Shown one piece after another: positions 1 to 12,219 of a stretch of 64,000 nt of DNA (position 1 is the first letter of the stretch; every line of letters starts with the position of its first letter). The notes beneath the pieces were generated by a model. The model had not been told where the DNA came from. It ran no database searches and worked only from the letters and a program-made list of their open reading frames with translations. Position numbers and translations under genes: made by a program. Source of the DNA: Sphyrna mokarran (lineage: Eukaryota); NCBI GenBank assembly GCA_024679065.1, contig JAGIQG010000004.1:62372001-62436000 (forward strand). Direction: 5' to 3'.

Positions 1-175
1 TTCTTCCCACAATCCAAAGATGTGCAGGTGAAGTGGATTGGCCATGATAAATTGCCCCTTAATATTAGAGGGATTAGCATGACAAATGGTTATGGAGATA
101 GGGCTTAGGTGGGATTGTTGTTGGTGCAGGCACAATGGCTGAATGACCTCCTTCTGCACTGTAGGGATTCAATGA
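1..175 (+). mobile_element. HE1/V-SINE, 3' part (truncated by window start)
   Basis: cccacaatccaaagatgtgcagg...ggattggccatgataaattgcccctt core followed by a LINE-like tail cctccttctgcactgtagggattc. Confidence 0.8.
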
Positions 176-279
176 TTCCAAGGAGGTTCAGCAAGCAACA
201 GGGTTATCGAGCATTCATGAGATTTAATCAATGTAAATGGCTCACGCCATTAGGCAATGGGATAACTGACTCACCAGTA

Positions 280-660
280 ACCTGCCATTAGGAAATTGCA
301 AAGTGTTTCAAGAAACAGTAAAGACACTATTATGTTGATTACAGCAGTGACATTGATATGGTCTGCATTGGTTTAAACCAGGCTTTTGATAAACACCCAT
401 ATGGCAGGCTGGTTATGAATGTAAAATCCCTTCAGATCCAAGAGAGAGTGGAAAAGTGAATCCCAAGTCATGGCAGAATGAAAAGGCCGATTAATTTTTG
501 TTATTAAAGAGCTGTTACTGCTGAAGTTTTAGAATACCAATTATTCAGTTCCAAGTGCTTTTGCAACTTGTGCTACTGATGATGTCAACACCAATGTAGG
601 GGACACGATAAAGACATTTGCCGATGTTACAAGAATTGGCACGGCTGCAGTAAGACATAA
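280..660 (+). mobile_element. Old CR1 RT fragment
   Basis: Degenerate AFDK (gcttttgataaa) and FADD (tttgccgatg) motif DNA. Confidence 0.55.
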
Positions 661-667
661 TTGAACT

Positions 668-777
668 GATGTGGAGAGGCTAGCATTGGACTTGTGTGGG
701 CGAAGTAAGAAGTTTCATAACACCAGATTAAAGTCCAAAAAGTTTATTTGGTAGCATGAGCTTTCAGAATGGTGCTC
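668..777 (-). mobile_element. Penelope-like element terminus, cut by the adjacent CR1 inside its hammerhead region
   Basis: Reverse complement matches the terminus at 55920-56030 (ccaaataaac...ggactttaatctggtgtt...ctccacatca). Confidence 0.7.
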
Positions 778-2587
778 AAGATGTTGGAGGAGATTCTTAG
801 AGATAGGATGTATAGGCACTTGGAGCGTTGCGATCTGATTAGGGATATGCAGCATGGCTTTGTTAAGGGGAGGTCATGCCTTACAAATCTGGTAGAATTT
901 TTTGAGGAGGTGGTGAAAACGGTCAATGAAGGGCGAGCCGTTAATGTCATCTATATAGATTTTAGTAAGGCGTTTGACAAAGTCCCTCATGGGAGGTTAG
1001 TTGAGAAGGTCAAGAGTCATGGGATACAAGGACAGGTAGCTAGATGGATAAGTAACTGGCTTGGTAATAGGAGACAGACAGTAATAGTGGAAGGGTGTTT
1101 TTCTAGCTGGAGGTGGGTCACTAGTGGTGTGGGGCAGGGCTCAGTACTGGGACCTCTTCTATTTGTAATATAATATATATAAATGACTTGGAAGAGGGAG
1201 TAAGTGGAGTGATCAGCAAGTTTGCAGACGATATAAAGATGGCTGGACTTGCAGATAGTGAGGAGCATTATCACCTGCAGGTGATACAGCAGGGCATAGA
1301 TAGGCTGTAGCTTGCGCAGATAGATGGCAGATGGAATTCAATCCTGATAAATGTGAGGTGATGCATTTCGGAAGAAAGAATGTAAGGCGGAGGTATCTGA
1401 TAGAGGGTAGATCTATTAAGAGTATAGAAACACAGGGGGAACTGGGGGTGCAGGTGCACAAGTCTCTGAAGGAGGCAGAGCAGATGGAGAAGGTTGTGAA
1501 GAAAGCATATGGTATGCTAGCCTTTATAGGAAGGGGTGCAGAGTACAAGAGCTGGCCTTTAATGTTGCAGTTGTATAAAATGCTGGTTAGACCTCATTTG
1601 GAACACTGCGTCCAGTTCTGGTCGCCTTACTACCGGAAGGACATGGAGACTCTGGAGAGAGTGCAGAGAAGGTTTACCAGGATGCTGCCTGGTATGGAAG
1701 GTCTGAGTTATGAGGAGAGATTAGGCAAATTGGGACTGTTTTCCTTAGAAAGACGTAGACTTAGAGGACATCTAATAGAGGTGTACAAGATTATGAAGGG
1801 GATAGATAGAGTAAACAGGGTTAAGCTTTTTCCTAGGATGGACTCAAATAGCACAAGGGGTCACGGGCTTAGGGAGAGGGGGGCAAGGTATAATTTGAAT
1901 GCTAGAGGGAGTTTTTTCACACTGAGGGTGGTGGGGGTATGGAATGCACTGCCAAGTAAAGTGGTGGAGGCCGGTACTCTGGAGTGATTTAAGAAATACT
2001 TAAATGGGCACACGAACAGAATGGGAATGGAGCGGTATAGAAAACTGATTTAAAATAGAGATCATGAGCCTTGGGAGTCCCTGGGAAGTGTGCAAATAGA
2101 TGATGATATTGATGTACTTGTTTTTATCCTACAGGTGCTTTGGTTCACCTTGTTCTCTAACAAGGGGCATACACGCGATGGGTCGTGAGATGGCTGCTCT
2201 TGGATTTTTTCGAGAGTATTCTAGTGCTTCATGTCGTTAGTGTACGCTTGACCTGGACCATTTGATGGGCAACACAACAGCTCAGTGACTATCGCTGTGC
2301 TGTGCAGATACATGGATTTGGGCCCGTGTCTGTGGGAGCTTGCGCATTCTCCCCGTGCTTGCGCGGATTTTCTCTGGGTGCTCTGATTTCCTCCCACATC
2401 CCAAAAATGTGCTCTTATGCTAATTGGCAAAATAAATTCTCCCTAAGTTGTCTCAAATTTGATTTTTAATCCATAGGTCTATAAACATAGACAGTGATCA
2501 CAGGTAGAGATGGGAACATTGGGGTGGCAGCACGGGCTTATTGGGCTGAAGGGCCTGTTTCCCGTGCTGTTTTGTTCTTTGTTCTTT
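778..2587 (+). mobile_element. CR1 LINE family A, 5'-truncated, with long SINE-containing 3'UTR
   Basis: RT motifs [33 protein letters not shown] (ORFs 769-1173, 1331-1987) with frameshifts; (TTTGTTC)n tail. Confidence 0.95.
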
Positions 2588-2589
2588 AT

Positions 2590-4190
2590 CAGCTGAGACT
2601 CATCTCCAAATAATGGCTCCCACTGACACCACAAGCTGCTGACTCAAAGTGGAGAGCATCTCCAAAATTTTTGAACATAGTCACACAGACATCAACTTCC
2701 TACAAAGATGCAAGGAAGCAGATAAGATTCTGAAAGGATGAAGATCACAAACCCACTCAGGTCAACCTATAACACTGACTGCACTGAGAGACTTTGCCAT
2801 TGCACCTCTCTCACACTCCTCAACCACTTCATATATCAGCTCTACAGCAGATACCGCAACCTGGAAACCAAGATAGAATTGATATTCTCAACTTGCTCAG
2901 GACACAGTCTAGCCGCAAAACAATGCCAAGCAGATGAGCTCATGGATCTATACTATCTACATGCATACCAAGAACAGTAAATTCGAGAAACTCAGCATCA
3001 CCACCAGCAGCAATTAAGCCTCCTCCAGTACCACAGTAGAAAACAGTAACACTGCAGGGAAGCCCATTGTCAATTTGTGAGACTACGCTCTTCAACCAGA
3101 TGAAATCAAAGTTCTCAGCAGAGGGTTTAATTTCTGCCCCACCACAAAAATGTACTCCATTAGTCTTACGGTGAAGACAGAGATGTCACCAGGTGAATGA
3201 GGCTCCAGTTCATCCACCAACCCGAAGAGGCCAAAAGCAAATCCAATGAAACAGCCAGTGAACCAGAACAGAGATCAGAGTGCAGCAATCAAAGAGGAAA
3301 GAGTCGAATTGGACCCCTCTGGAAGAACATTGCCCTCAACTCGACATGTATGCTTAAGCTATCAGGAGATGTGTCGATATCAAATTCATCAGCCACACTC
3401 ACAAGACAGCCCCACATGTCACCCAAGTACAGTGCAACACCATCACGCTCTCAAGACCAACTGCATCATTGCCATCAAACCAGCAGACAAAGAAGGGCCA
3501 CTATTATACTGAACAGAATGAATTACTGACAAGAAGTGTACTGACAACTGAACAATCAGGAACACTACAGTTACCCACTGATCTGACCAAAGAACGCCTG
3601 CCAACTCAACAGGCTGATTAAGACCTTTGATCCAGACTATCAGAGCACCCTCCATGCTCTCACCCCACATACTCCCTCTGTTGGCAATTTCTACTTCCTC
3701 CCGAACATACGCAAGGCTAACATACCCGGCTATCTGATCGTATTGGGCAATGGGACTCTGTGTGAGAACCTCTCTGCCTACGTCGAGAGCACTTTGAAAT
3801 CCATCGTGTAAGGAATCTCAGCTTCTGTTGCAACACTATGGATCTTTTACAGAAACTCAGCATCCATGGAACAGTTGAACAAGGAGCACTCCTCGTCACA
3901 ATGGGTGTCTCAGTACTCTACACTAGCATCCCCCATGATGACGGCATCACTGCAACTGCCTCAGTACACAATGTTGACAACTGTCAATCTCCAGGTGCAA
4001 TTCTACAGCTCATCCATTGCATCCTGGACCACACGTCTTCACCTTCAACAGCTAGGTCTTCATCCAGTCAAACAGAACTGCCATGGGGACCAAATTCACA
4101 CCTCAATATGCCAACACTCACCTGATGAAGAAGCAGAGCTACCAAACAAACATTGGATTTTAACCTGGTATTGTGAGAGTTCTTCAACTG
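2590..4190 (+). mobile_element. Penelope-like retroelement relic (RT N-terminal half joined to terminal repeat)
   Basis: IKPADKEG, LVTMGVSVLYTSIPHDDG and TAMGT motifs of PLE RT in broken frames; internal deletion joins directly to the CTGATGA-containing terminus at 4121. Confidence 0.88.
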
Positions 4191-4349
4191 GATAGGTGGG
4201 CTGAGAGGACAACAATATTCTAGTTGGTTTAGTATAAAGTATTTTGTGAGAAGCAACAACATAAGGGAAGACACAAATATGAAGATACTTAAAAATGTGA
4301 AGGAGCAGAGAGATCTTGGAATGAATAATCAGAGATCTTGACATTTTAG

Positions 4350-4660
4350 CCTTCATAGCATCATAGATTTGTGTAACCATAACAGCACAGAAGGAGGTAA
4401 TTCTTCTCAAACAGCATGTACTATCCCATCTAGGCCCTATCCCCTTAACCCCACAATAGTTACTCTGCTAATCAAATCATCCAGACATTAAGGGACAATT
4501 TAACATGGTCAACCAATCTAATCCGCATATCTTTGGAACGTGGGAAGAAACCTAAGCACCAGGAGGAAACCCATACAGACATGGGGAGAAAGTCACTCAA
4601 GGTCAGAATTCAACCCTGGTTCTGGTGCTATGAGGTTGTAGTGCTACTCGCTGTAGCACC
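4350..4660 (-). mobile_element. HE1/V-SINE inside an old CR1 fragment
   Basis: Reverse-complement V-core (gtgggaagaaacctaagcaccaggaggaaaccca) and tRNA-like head. Confidence 0.75.
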
Positions 4661-4669
4661 AATAAACTT

Positions 4670-5045
4670 CTTTAAGGAAGGTTACATAGACCAGAATTGA
4701 TTTACTTGGAACGAGGGGGCTGAAGGGAGATTTAATTGAGATGTGTAAAACTGAGGGGCCTGTATAGATTTAATATGGAAAAGCTATTTATCTGTCTAGC
4801 AGGGTTAAAAACTAAGGGCCTAGATTTAGAGTAATTGGTAAAAAGATTAGATAAAAAAAGACATGTTTTCACACAGATGAAACTTATCTCCTGAAAGAGC
4901 TACTACGTTTTAAAATCTTTTTGGATGCCAGTAAGATAGAGAACTATACACCGAAGCAGGAAGGTGGCATTAGGCTGGATCACTCTTCCTTAATTGTCAA
5001 GGACACAATGGCCTCGTAGTGTGCTATAACTCTTCTGACTTGTAT
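4670..5045 (+). mobile_element. Old CR1 3' fragment
   Basis: Degenerate RRLRGDLIE-type DNA (gggggctgaagggagatttaattgag) and 3' tail. Confidence 0.6.
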
Positions 5046-5419
5046 AACAGGGAGTGGCCAGTGTTGGATAAATGGATAGAAGAAATTAAAGACCAATATT
5101 TATACACTGTCTCAGAACTGAAGTTGTCCCAAAGTGCTTCAGAAGCAATTAATGAATTTGAGGACTATTATTTTTTTCAATATTGGAAAATTACAGCTAT
5201 TTTGCACACATCAATGTCCAAATGTGGAAAACGGAATGGAATGTGGAGGAGTGGGAGCATTGAGAATCTTTAAACAAATTTAAAGTACTAGCACTCTCTG
5301 GGGATGTTGAACATTTGAATAGGATGATTAAATGTCACCAAAACTAAATGAAAGTCCCAAAAGCTGAGATTATCAAATCCAGTAAGAATGCACTCATAGT
5401 GAGAGATTTGATAATGAGT

Positions 5420-5720
5420 TGGACACATTTGTTAGCTATGCTGCCTCACAGCATTAGGGACCCAGTTTCAATTCCAATCTTGGATGACTGTCTTTGTAGA
5501 GTTTGTATATTCTCCCCGTGTCTGCATGCTGTTCCTCCGGGTACTCTGGTTTCTGTCCACAATCCAAAGAAGTGCGGGTTAGATGGATTGATCATACTGA
5601 ATTGCTCCTTATGGTCCAAAGATAAGTTTAGGTAGATTAGCCATGGTAAATGCTTGGGGTTACAGGGATAGGGATGGGATGAATTGGGGGACTGAGGTGA
5701 GATACTGCTTTGGAGAGTGG
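5420..5720 (+). mobile_element. HE1/V-SINE
   Basis: gttagctatgctgcctcacagc...gggacccagtttcaattcc tRNA-derived head plus V-core tctccccgtgtctgc. Confidence 0.8.
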
Positions 5721-6424
5721 AAGCCTTGAGGAGTGGGGGGGGGGAGCTAAGGATTTTATGGCTCTATCTTCTACAGTCCAGACCTACATCCCACAATAAT
5801 CTAGTCCCTGTTTAGTGCTAGATTAGAGGATATTTTGAAGGAAAAAAAGAACAGTAAATATTAAGTAAGGGATGAGAACCATCTGTCATCTTGATATAAA
5901 TGGGAAGGAAAACTATGGGCCTTGAAATCTCTTAAAAGGAACACCTGAGATTAAAAAGCAGGCAAAGTACTGGAATACTAACCCTGCTAGGTACTAGGAA
6001 AAGGAAATTAGGAAAGGAGCAATGATGAAGGGAAGGGTGAGTGTGGATTCCTTGAAAATGCAGGAGAAAGATAAAATTTGGAGAAAGAGTCTCTTTTCTC
6101 AGAATAGATTAAATTTTGCACTTTGGAAAAGGTTATTTTGGCCTTTATTGCAAAAGGTTTTGGATATAGGAATAAATATGTCTTACTGTAATTATATACA
6201 GCCTCGTGGAGGTTGATTAGCTTACTTAGTTGGATTGCTGGTTTCTGAGACAAAGAAATGCCAACAGTAAAAAGTGAATTGCCATACTGGGTGAGGTCAA
6301 TAATGAAGGCCCTGCCTTCTTAACCTTGTCCCTTGCTTGAGGTATGGCGATCTTCAAGTTAAATTACCACAAGTCAGCTCTCCTTCTCAAAGAGAGGAGT
6401 AGCTTATTGCCATTTGGGGCTATG

Positions 6425-6992
6425 GCAACTTTATATAGAACCTTGTCAGACCCCACTTGGAGTATTGTGCGCAGTTCTGGTCGCCTCACTACAGGAAGGA
6501 TGTGGAAGCTATTGAGAGGGTACAGAGGGGATTTACAAGGATGTTGCCTGGATTGGGAGGCATGCCCTATGAAGATAGTTGAGGGAGCTAGGTCTCTTCT
6601 CCTTGGAGAAATGAAGGTTGAGAGGTGATCTGATAGAGGTATATAAAATGTTGAGAGGAATAGATAGGGTGGATTCTTGGAGGCTATTTCCCAGAGCTGA
6701 AATAGGTGGTATGAGAGGATACATGTTTATGGTGCTGGGCAGCAAGTACAGAGGAGATGTTAGGGGTCAGTTTTTCACTCAAGAAGGTGGTGAGTGAGTG
6801 GAATCGGCTGCCGTAAGTGGTGGTGGGGGCGAACTCTCTGTCGTCTTTTAAAAGACTTCTGGATGAGTACATGGGATTAAATGTGATTGGGAATTACAGA
6901 TAATTCTATGGCCTAGTAGGTATGGATATGATTGGCGCAACTTGTGGGTCGAAGGGCCTGTTTGTGCTGTAGTGTTCTACGTTCTATGTTCT
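6425..6992 (+). mobile_element. CR1 family C 3' fragment
   Basis: RPHLEYCAQFWSP DNA; tail gaagggcctgtttgtgctgtagtgttctac. Confidence 0.9.
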
Positions 6993-7059
6993 TGGTGAAA
7001 CTGACCTGGACTATTGTGTGCCAAAGGAAATGTGAATTTATCTTGATGGGACTGTAATG

Positions 7060-7500
7060 AAAGTTGTGCCTGTCTGATTTCTGAGATGGAGAGATTGTCG
7101 TATGAGGAAAGGTTAAATAGAATCAGGCTTTATGTATTGAAGTTTAGAATATTAAGAGGTGACCTCATTCAAATATTCAAATTCTTACAGTGGTTGACAG
7201 AGTAAATGCAGGAAGGATGTTACCCCTGGTTAGTGGGTCTAGAATCAAGGTCAGCAGTGTCACGATAAGGGATTGACCAATTCGGACTGAGATGAGGAGC
7301 AGTTTCTTCAGTGTGGTGAATTTTGGACATTAGTTGGTCCAGAGGACTGTGGAGGCTTGGTCATTGAGTATGTTCAAGACTGAGATCATTAGGTTTCTAC
7401 ATATTAATGGTGTAGGAAAATTGTGTTGAAGTAGATTAACCATAATCTTATGGAATAGAATGGAACTAGATAGAAGGGCCTACTCATTCTCATATTTGTT
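7060..7500 (+). mobile_element. Old CR1 3' fragment
   Basis: Degenerate YEERL...LRGDL DNA and tail. Confidence 0.65.
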
Positions 7501-7552
7501 ATAGATTCATAAGATTTACAGCATGGAAATAGGCCCTTCAGCCCACTTGTCA

Positions 7553-8740
7553 ATAGAACATAGAACATAGAACATTACAGCACAGAACAGGCCCTTCGGC
7601 CTTCGATGTTGCGCCGACCAATATAAAAAGCAACGCCCCTCCAAACTAAACCATTCCCTTCTCTTCCATATACTTATCAACTAACCTCTTAAACGCCACC
7701 AAACTTGGCGCATCTACAACTGCTGCAGGCAGGGCATTCCACTCCCGAACCACCCTTTGGGTAAAGAACCTACCTCTGATATCCGTCCTATAACTATCAC
7801 CCCTTAATTTAAAGCTGTGTCCCCTCGTGCTAGCTTTTTCCATCCTAGGAAAAAGGCTATCACTGTCCACCCTATCTAAACCTCTAATCATCTTATATGT
7901 TTCGATCAGGTCCCCTCTTAGCCGCCTCCTTTCTAACGAAAACAACCTCAAATCCCTCAGCCTCTCCTCATAAGACCTGCCCTCCATACCAGGCAACATC
8001 CTGGTAAACCTCCTCTGTACCCTCTCCAATGCCTCCACATCTTTCTTATAATGTGGGGACCAGAACTGCACACAATACTCCAAGTGCGGCCGCACTAGAG
8101 TTTTGTACAGTTGCAACATGACGTTGCGGCTCCGAAATTCAATCCCTCTACCAATAAAAGCCAAGACTCCATATGCCTTCCTAACAACCTTCTCGACCTG
8201 ACTGCCTACTTTCAGGGATCTATGCACATACACACCAAGATCCCTCTGTTCATCTAGACTACTAAGAATCCTACCATTTGCCCTATACTCTACACATTTA
8301 TTATTTCTGCCATAGTGCATTACCTCACACTTTTCCACATTAAACTCCATTTGCCACCTCTCGGCCCAGCTCTGCAACTTGTCCAAGTCCCTCTGCAAAC
8401 TATAACACCCCTCTTCACTATCTACCACTCCACCGACTTTAGTGTCATCTGCAAATTTACTAATCCATCCTTCAATACCCTCATCCAGATCATTTATAAA
8501 AATTACAAACAGCAGGGGCCCCAAAACAGACCCCTGAGGTACACCACTTGTCACCGAACTCCACGATGAATATCTCCCATCAACCACCACCCTCTGTCTT
8601 CTATCTGCTAGCCAATTCCTAACCCAATTAGCTAAATCACCCTCTATCCCATACATCTGCATTTTCTGCAGAAGTCTTCCATGGGCCACCTTATCAAACG
8701 CCTTACTAAAGTCCATATATACCACATCAACCGCCTTACT
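7553..8740 (-). mobile_element. Young CR1 family B, 5'-truncated, uninterrupted RT frame
   Basis: ORF 7646-8752 (368 aa) with [21 protein letters not shown]; (GTTCTAT)n tail. Confidence 0.96.
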
Positions 8741-9707
8741 GCTCAGTGCCACTCATTTTTTAACAATTAAGCTAATCCCAATTGCCTACATTTAATTCAT
8801 ATCCCTCTATACCAATCTTACCTAAGTAACTGTCTAAAAGCTTTTCAAAAGATATAATTGGGTCCACCACTACTCCTGCCTCTGCCATCTTGTGCCAGAC
8901 ACTCTCAATCCACTGTGTGAAAAAATTGGATCCTTTTGTATCTTTCCCCTCTCACCTGTGCTCTCAAATTTTAGACTCCCCTGTCATTAGGAAAATATAT
9001 TTATGATCTGTCTGATCTATTCCTCTCATTATTTTATAGATCTCTCTAAGATCACCCATATGTCTCCTATCCTCCACGGAAAAAGTACCAGGTTTTCTAG
9101 GTTCTCCTTATAACTCAAATCATCAAGTCCTGGTAGCATCTGAGTAAATCTTTTCTTCACTCTTTCTAGTTTAATATCATCCCTTCTATCAGAGAGTGAC
9201 CAGAATCTACACAAACGTGGCCTATCCAATGTCTTGTACAACTTCAACAAGATGTCCCAACTCCTGTATTCAATATTCCGACCAATAAAACTAAGCATGC
9301 TGAATGCCTTTTTCTAACCACTTTGTCCACTTGCGACTCCAGTTTCAAGGAGCTATGAAGCTGTACACTTAGACCTTTCTTCTATAACTCATCTCAATGC
9401 CTTACCATTAACTGAAAAACCCTGGTTCGATCGACCAAAATGCATTACCTTGCATTTATCTAAATTAAACACCATTCATCAGACCACTGACCCAATTGAT
9501 CAAAATCCAGTTGCAATCCTAGATAACCTTTTTCACTGTCCACTATGCCACTAACCTTGGTGTCATTTTCAAACTTACGAATAAAGCTTCCTAAATTCCC
9601 ATCCAAATCATTAACATAAATGACAAATAACATGGACCTAACACTGATCCCTGAGGCACACTGCTGGCACTGGCCTCCAGTTTGAAAAACAACCTTCTGC
9701 AACTATC

Positions 9708-10775
9708 AAAAGAGAAAATGCTTGAAAATCTCAGCAGGTCTGACAACATCTGTAAGGAGAGAAAAGTGCTGCCATTTTGAGTTGAGACGATCCTTTGTCA
9801 AAGCTAAAAGCATAGAAAGGGGGAGAATTTATACTGCTTAATTAGGGAATGAAAAATGAGTCATTGGCACAGAAACTAGGGAAAAAGCTGCTAATGGCAG
9901 CCCATAGAGAAAATAAAGGGTGTGAATGGTCAAACAACAGATAAGCTAAGATCAGAGGGTGGGCTATGACAGACGAAAATACAGGGGGAGGGGAGGTGGG
10001 AATGGGGTGTGTCGTGAGGGAGGGATAGGTGGGAGAGAGGTAAAATTTAGAAAAAGGAGGAAGGGGAAGCAAAGGGGGGAAAGGTAAGGAAAGGTGGGGA
10101 CAAAGTGTGGGCAAATAATAGGGGATTGGAATGAAGAAAGACAAAGAAATGAAAAAAAAGAGAACAGTAAAAAAAACTTAAAACAAAGGGATTGAGGTGG
10201 CATAGAGCTAATCATCTGAAGTCATTGAATTTAATGTTGAGAGTGAAAGACTGTAAAGTGCCTAGACAGAAGATGAGATGCTATTCCTCCGAATTGCGTT
10301 CAGCTTCACTGGAACAATGCAGCAAGCCTAGGATAGACATGTGGGCATGAGGGCAGTATCATATGTTAAAATGGCAAACAACTGGAAGGTCCGGGTCCAG
10401 AATGTGCACAGACTGAAGGTGCTCAGCAAAGCCATCACCCAGTGTATGCATAGTCTCTCCGATATAGAGGAGACCACATTGGGAGCAGCGAATGCAATAC
10501 ACCAAATTGAAAGAGGTGCAAGCGAAATGCTGCTTAACCTAGGAAGAGTCTTTTGGACTTTAAATGATAAGCATGGAAGAGGTAAACAGCCAGGTGTTAC
10601 ACTTGCGATTGCATGGGAAGGTACCATGAGTAAAGGGGAAAGTGTTGGGTATATTGAGGAGTGGACTAGGTTATCCCAGAGGAAATGGTCTCTGCATAAT
10701 GCAGACAGACACAATGAAGGGAAAATGTATTTGGTGGGGCATCATGCTGGAATTGGTGAAAATGGTAGAGGATTA
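9708..10775 (-). mobile_element. Penelope-like element 3' part with GIY-YIG endonuclease relic
   Basis: Minus-strand reading around 10420-10530 gives FTCTSFNLVYCIRCSQCGLLYIGET-like sequence; purine-rich low-complexity stretch 9980-10200 and a terminal repeat at 9708-9810. Confidence 0.82.
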
Positions 10776-11358
10776 TGCTTACCATCTTACAACCACCCTG
10801 TTTTCTGTCATCAAGCCAATTTTGTATCCATTTGGCTACCACACACTGAATCCCATGAGATTTAACCTTGTGCAACAATCTACCATGTGGTATCTTGTCA
10901 AAGGCCTTGCTAAAATCTATATAGATTTTGATTGCATTGCTTCATCAACCTTCTTGATCACCCCTTCAAAAATCTTCATCAAATTTGTGAGACATAGTCT
11001 TCCACTTGTTAAACATTGGTGATTGTTCCTAATCAGTCTTTGCCTCTCTAAATGCCTATAGATCCTGTCTCTCACAACATTTTCTAACATGTATCCTATT
11101 ACAGATGTTAGGTTCACTGGTCTGTAGTTCATCATGCAGTCCTCCTTAAACAAAGGCACAACATTTGCCACCCTCCTTTCTTCAGCACCTCACCTGTGAC
11201 TGTCGTTGATTCAAATATCTCTGCCAGAGGACCCCACAATTTCCTCCCAAACTCCCCACAATATTCTGGGATGCATTCATCAGGTCCCGGGGATTTATTT
11301 TCCTTGATCCGTTTTAAGATTTCTAGCACCTCTGTCTCTGTAATATGTTTTCCCCTCA

Positions 11359-12219
11359 AGATAGTGAAGAGTGGTGTTATAGTTTGCAGAGGGACTTAGA
11401 CAAGTTGCAGAGCTGGGCCGAGAGGTGGCAAATGGAGTTTAATGTGGAAAAGTGTGAGGTAATGCACTATGGCAGGAATAATAAATGTGTAGGGTATAGG
11501 GCAAATGGTAGGATTCTTAGTAGTCTAGATGAACAGAGGGATCTTGGTGTGTATGTGCATAGATCCCTGAAAGTAGGCATTCAGGTCGAGAAGGTTGTTA
11601 GGAAGGCATATGGAGTCTTGGCTATTATTGGTAGAGGGATTGAATTTCGGAGCCGCAACGTCATGTTGCAACTGTACAAAACTCTAGTGCGGCCGCACTT
11701 GGAGTATTGGGTGCAGTTCTGGTCCCCACATTATAAGAAAGATGTGGAGGCATTGGAGAGGGTACAGAGGAGGTTTACCAGATGTTGCCTGGTATGGAGG
11801 GCAGGTCTTATGAAGAGAGGCTGAGGGATTTGAGGTTGTTTTCGTTAGAAAGGAGTCGGCTAAGAGGGGACCTTATCGAAACATATAAGATGATTAGAGG
11901 TTTAGATAGGGTGGACAGTGATAGCCTTTTTCCTAGGATGGAGAAAGCTAGTACGAGGGGACACAGCTTAAATTAAGGGGTGATAGTTATAGGACGGATA
12001 TCAGAGGTAGGTTCTTTACCCAAAGGGTGGTTTGGGAGTGGAATGCCCTGCCTGCAGCAGTCGTAGATGCGCCAAGTTTGGTGGCGTTTAAGAGGTTAGT
12101 TGATAAGTATATGGAAGAGAAGGGAATAGTTTAGTTTGGAGGGGCATTGCTTTTTATATTGGTCGGCGCAACATCGAAGGCCGAAGGGCCTGTTCTGTGC
12201 TGTAATGTTCTATGTTCTA
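11359..12219 (+). mobile_element. Young CR1 family B, 5'-truncated
   Basis: ORFs 11345-11824 and 11782-11976 nearly identical to the 7553-8740 copy; same tail. Confidence 0.95.

Noticed and set aside
5420-5480. tRNA gene
   Set aside because: tRNA-derived SINE head without a full cloverleaf.
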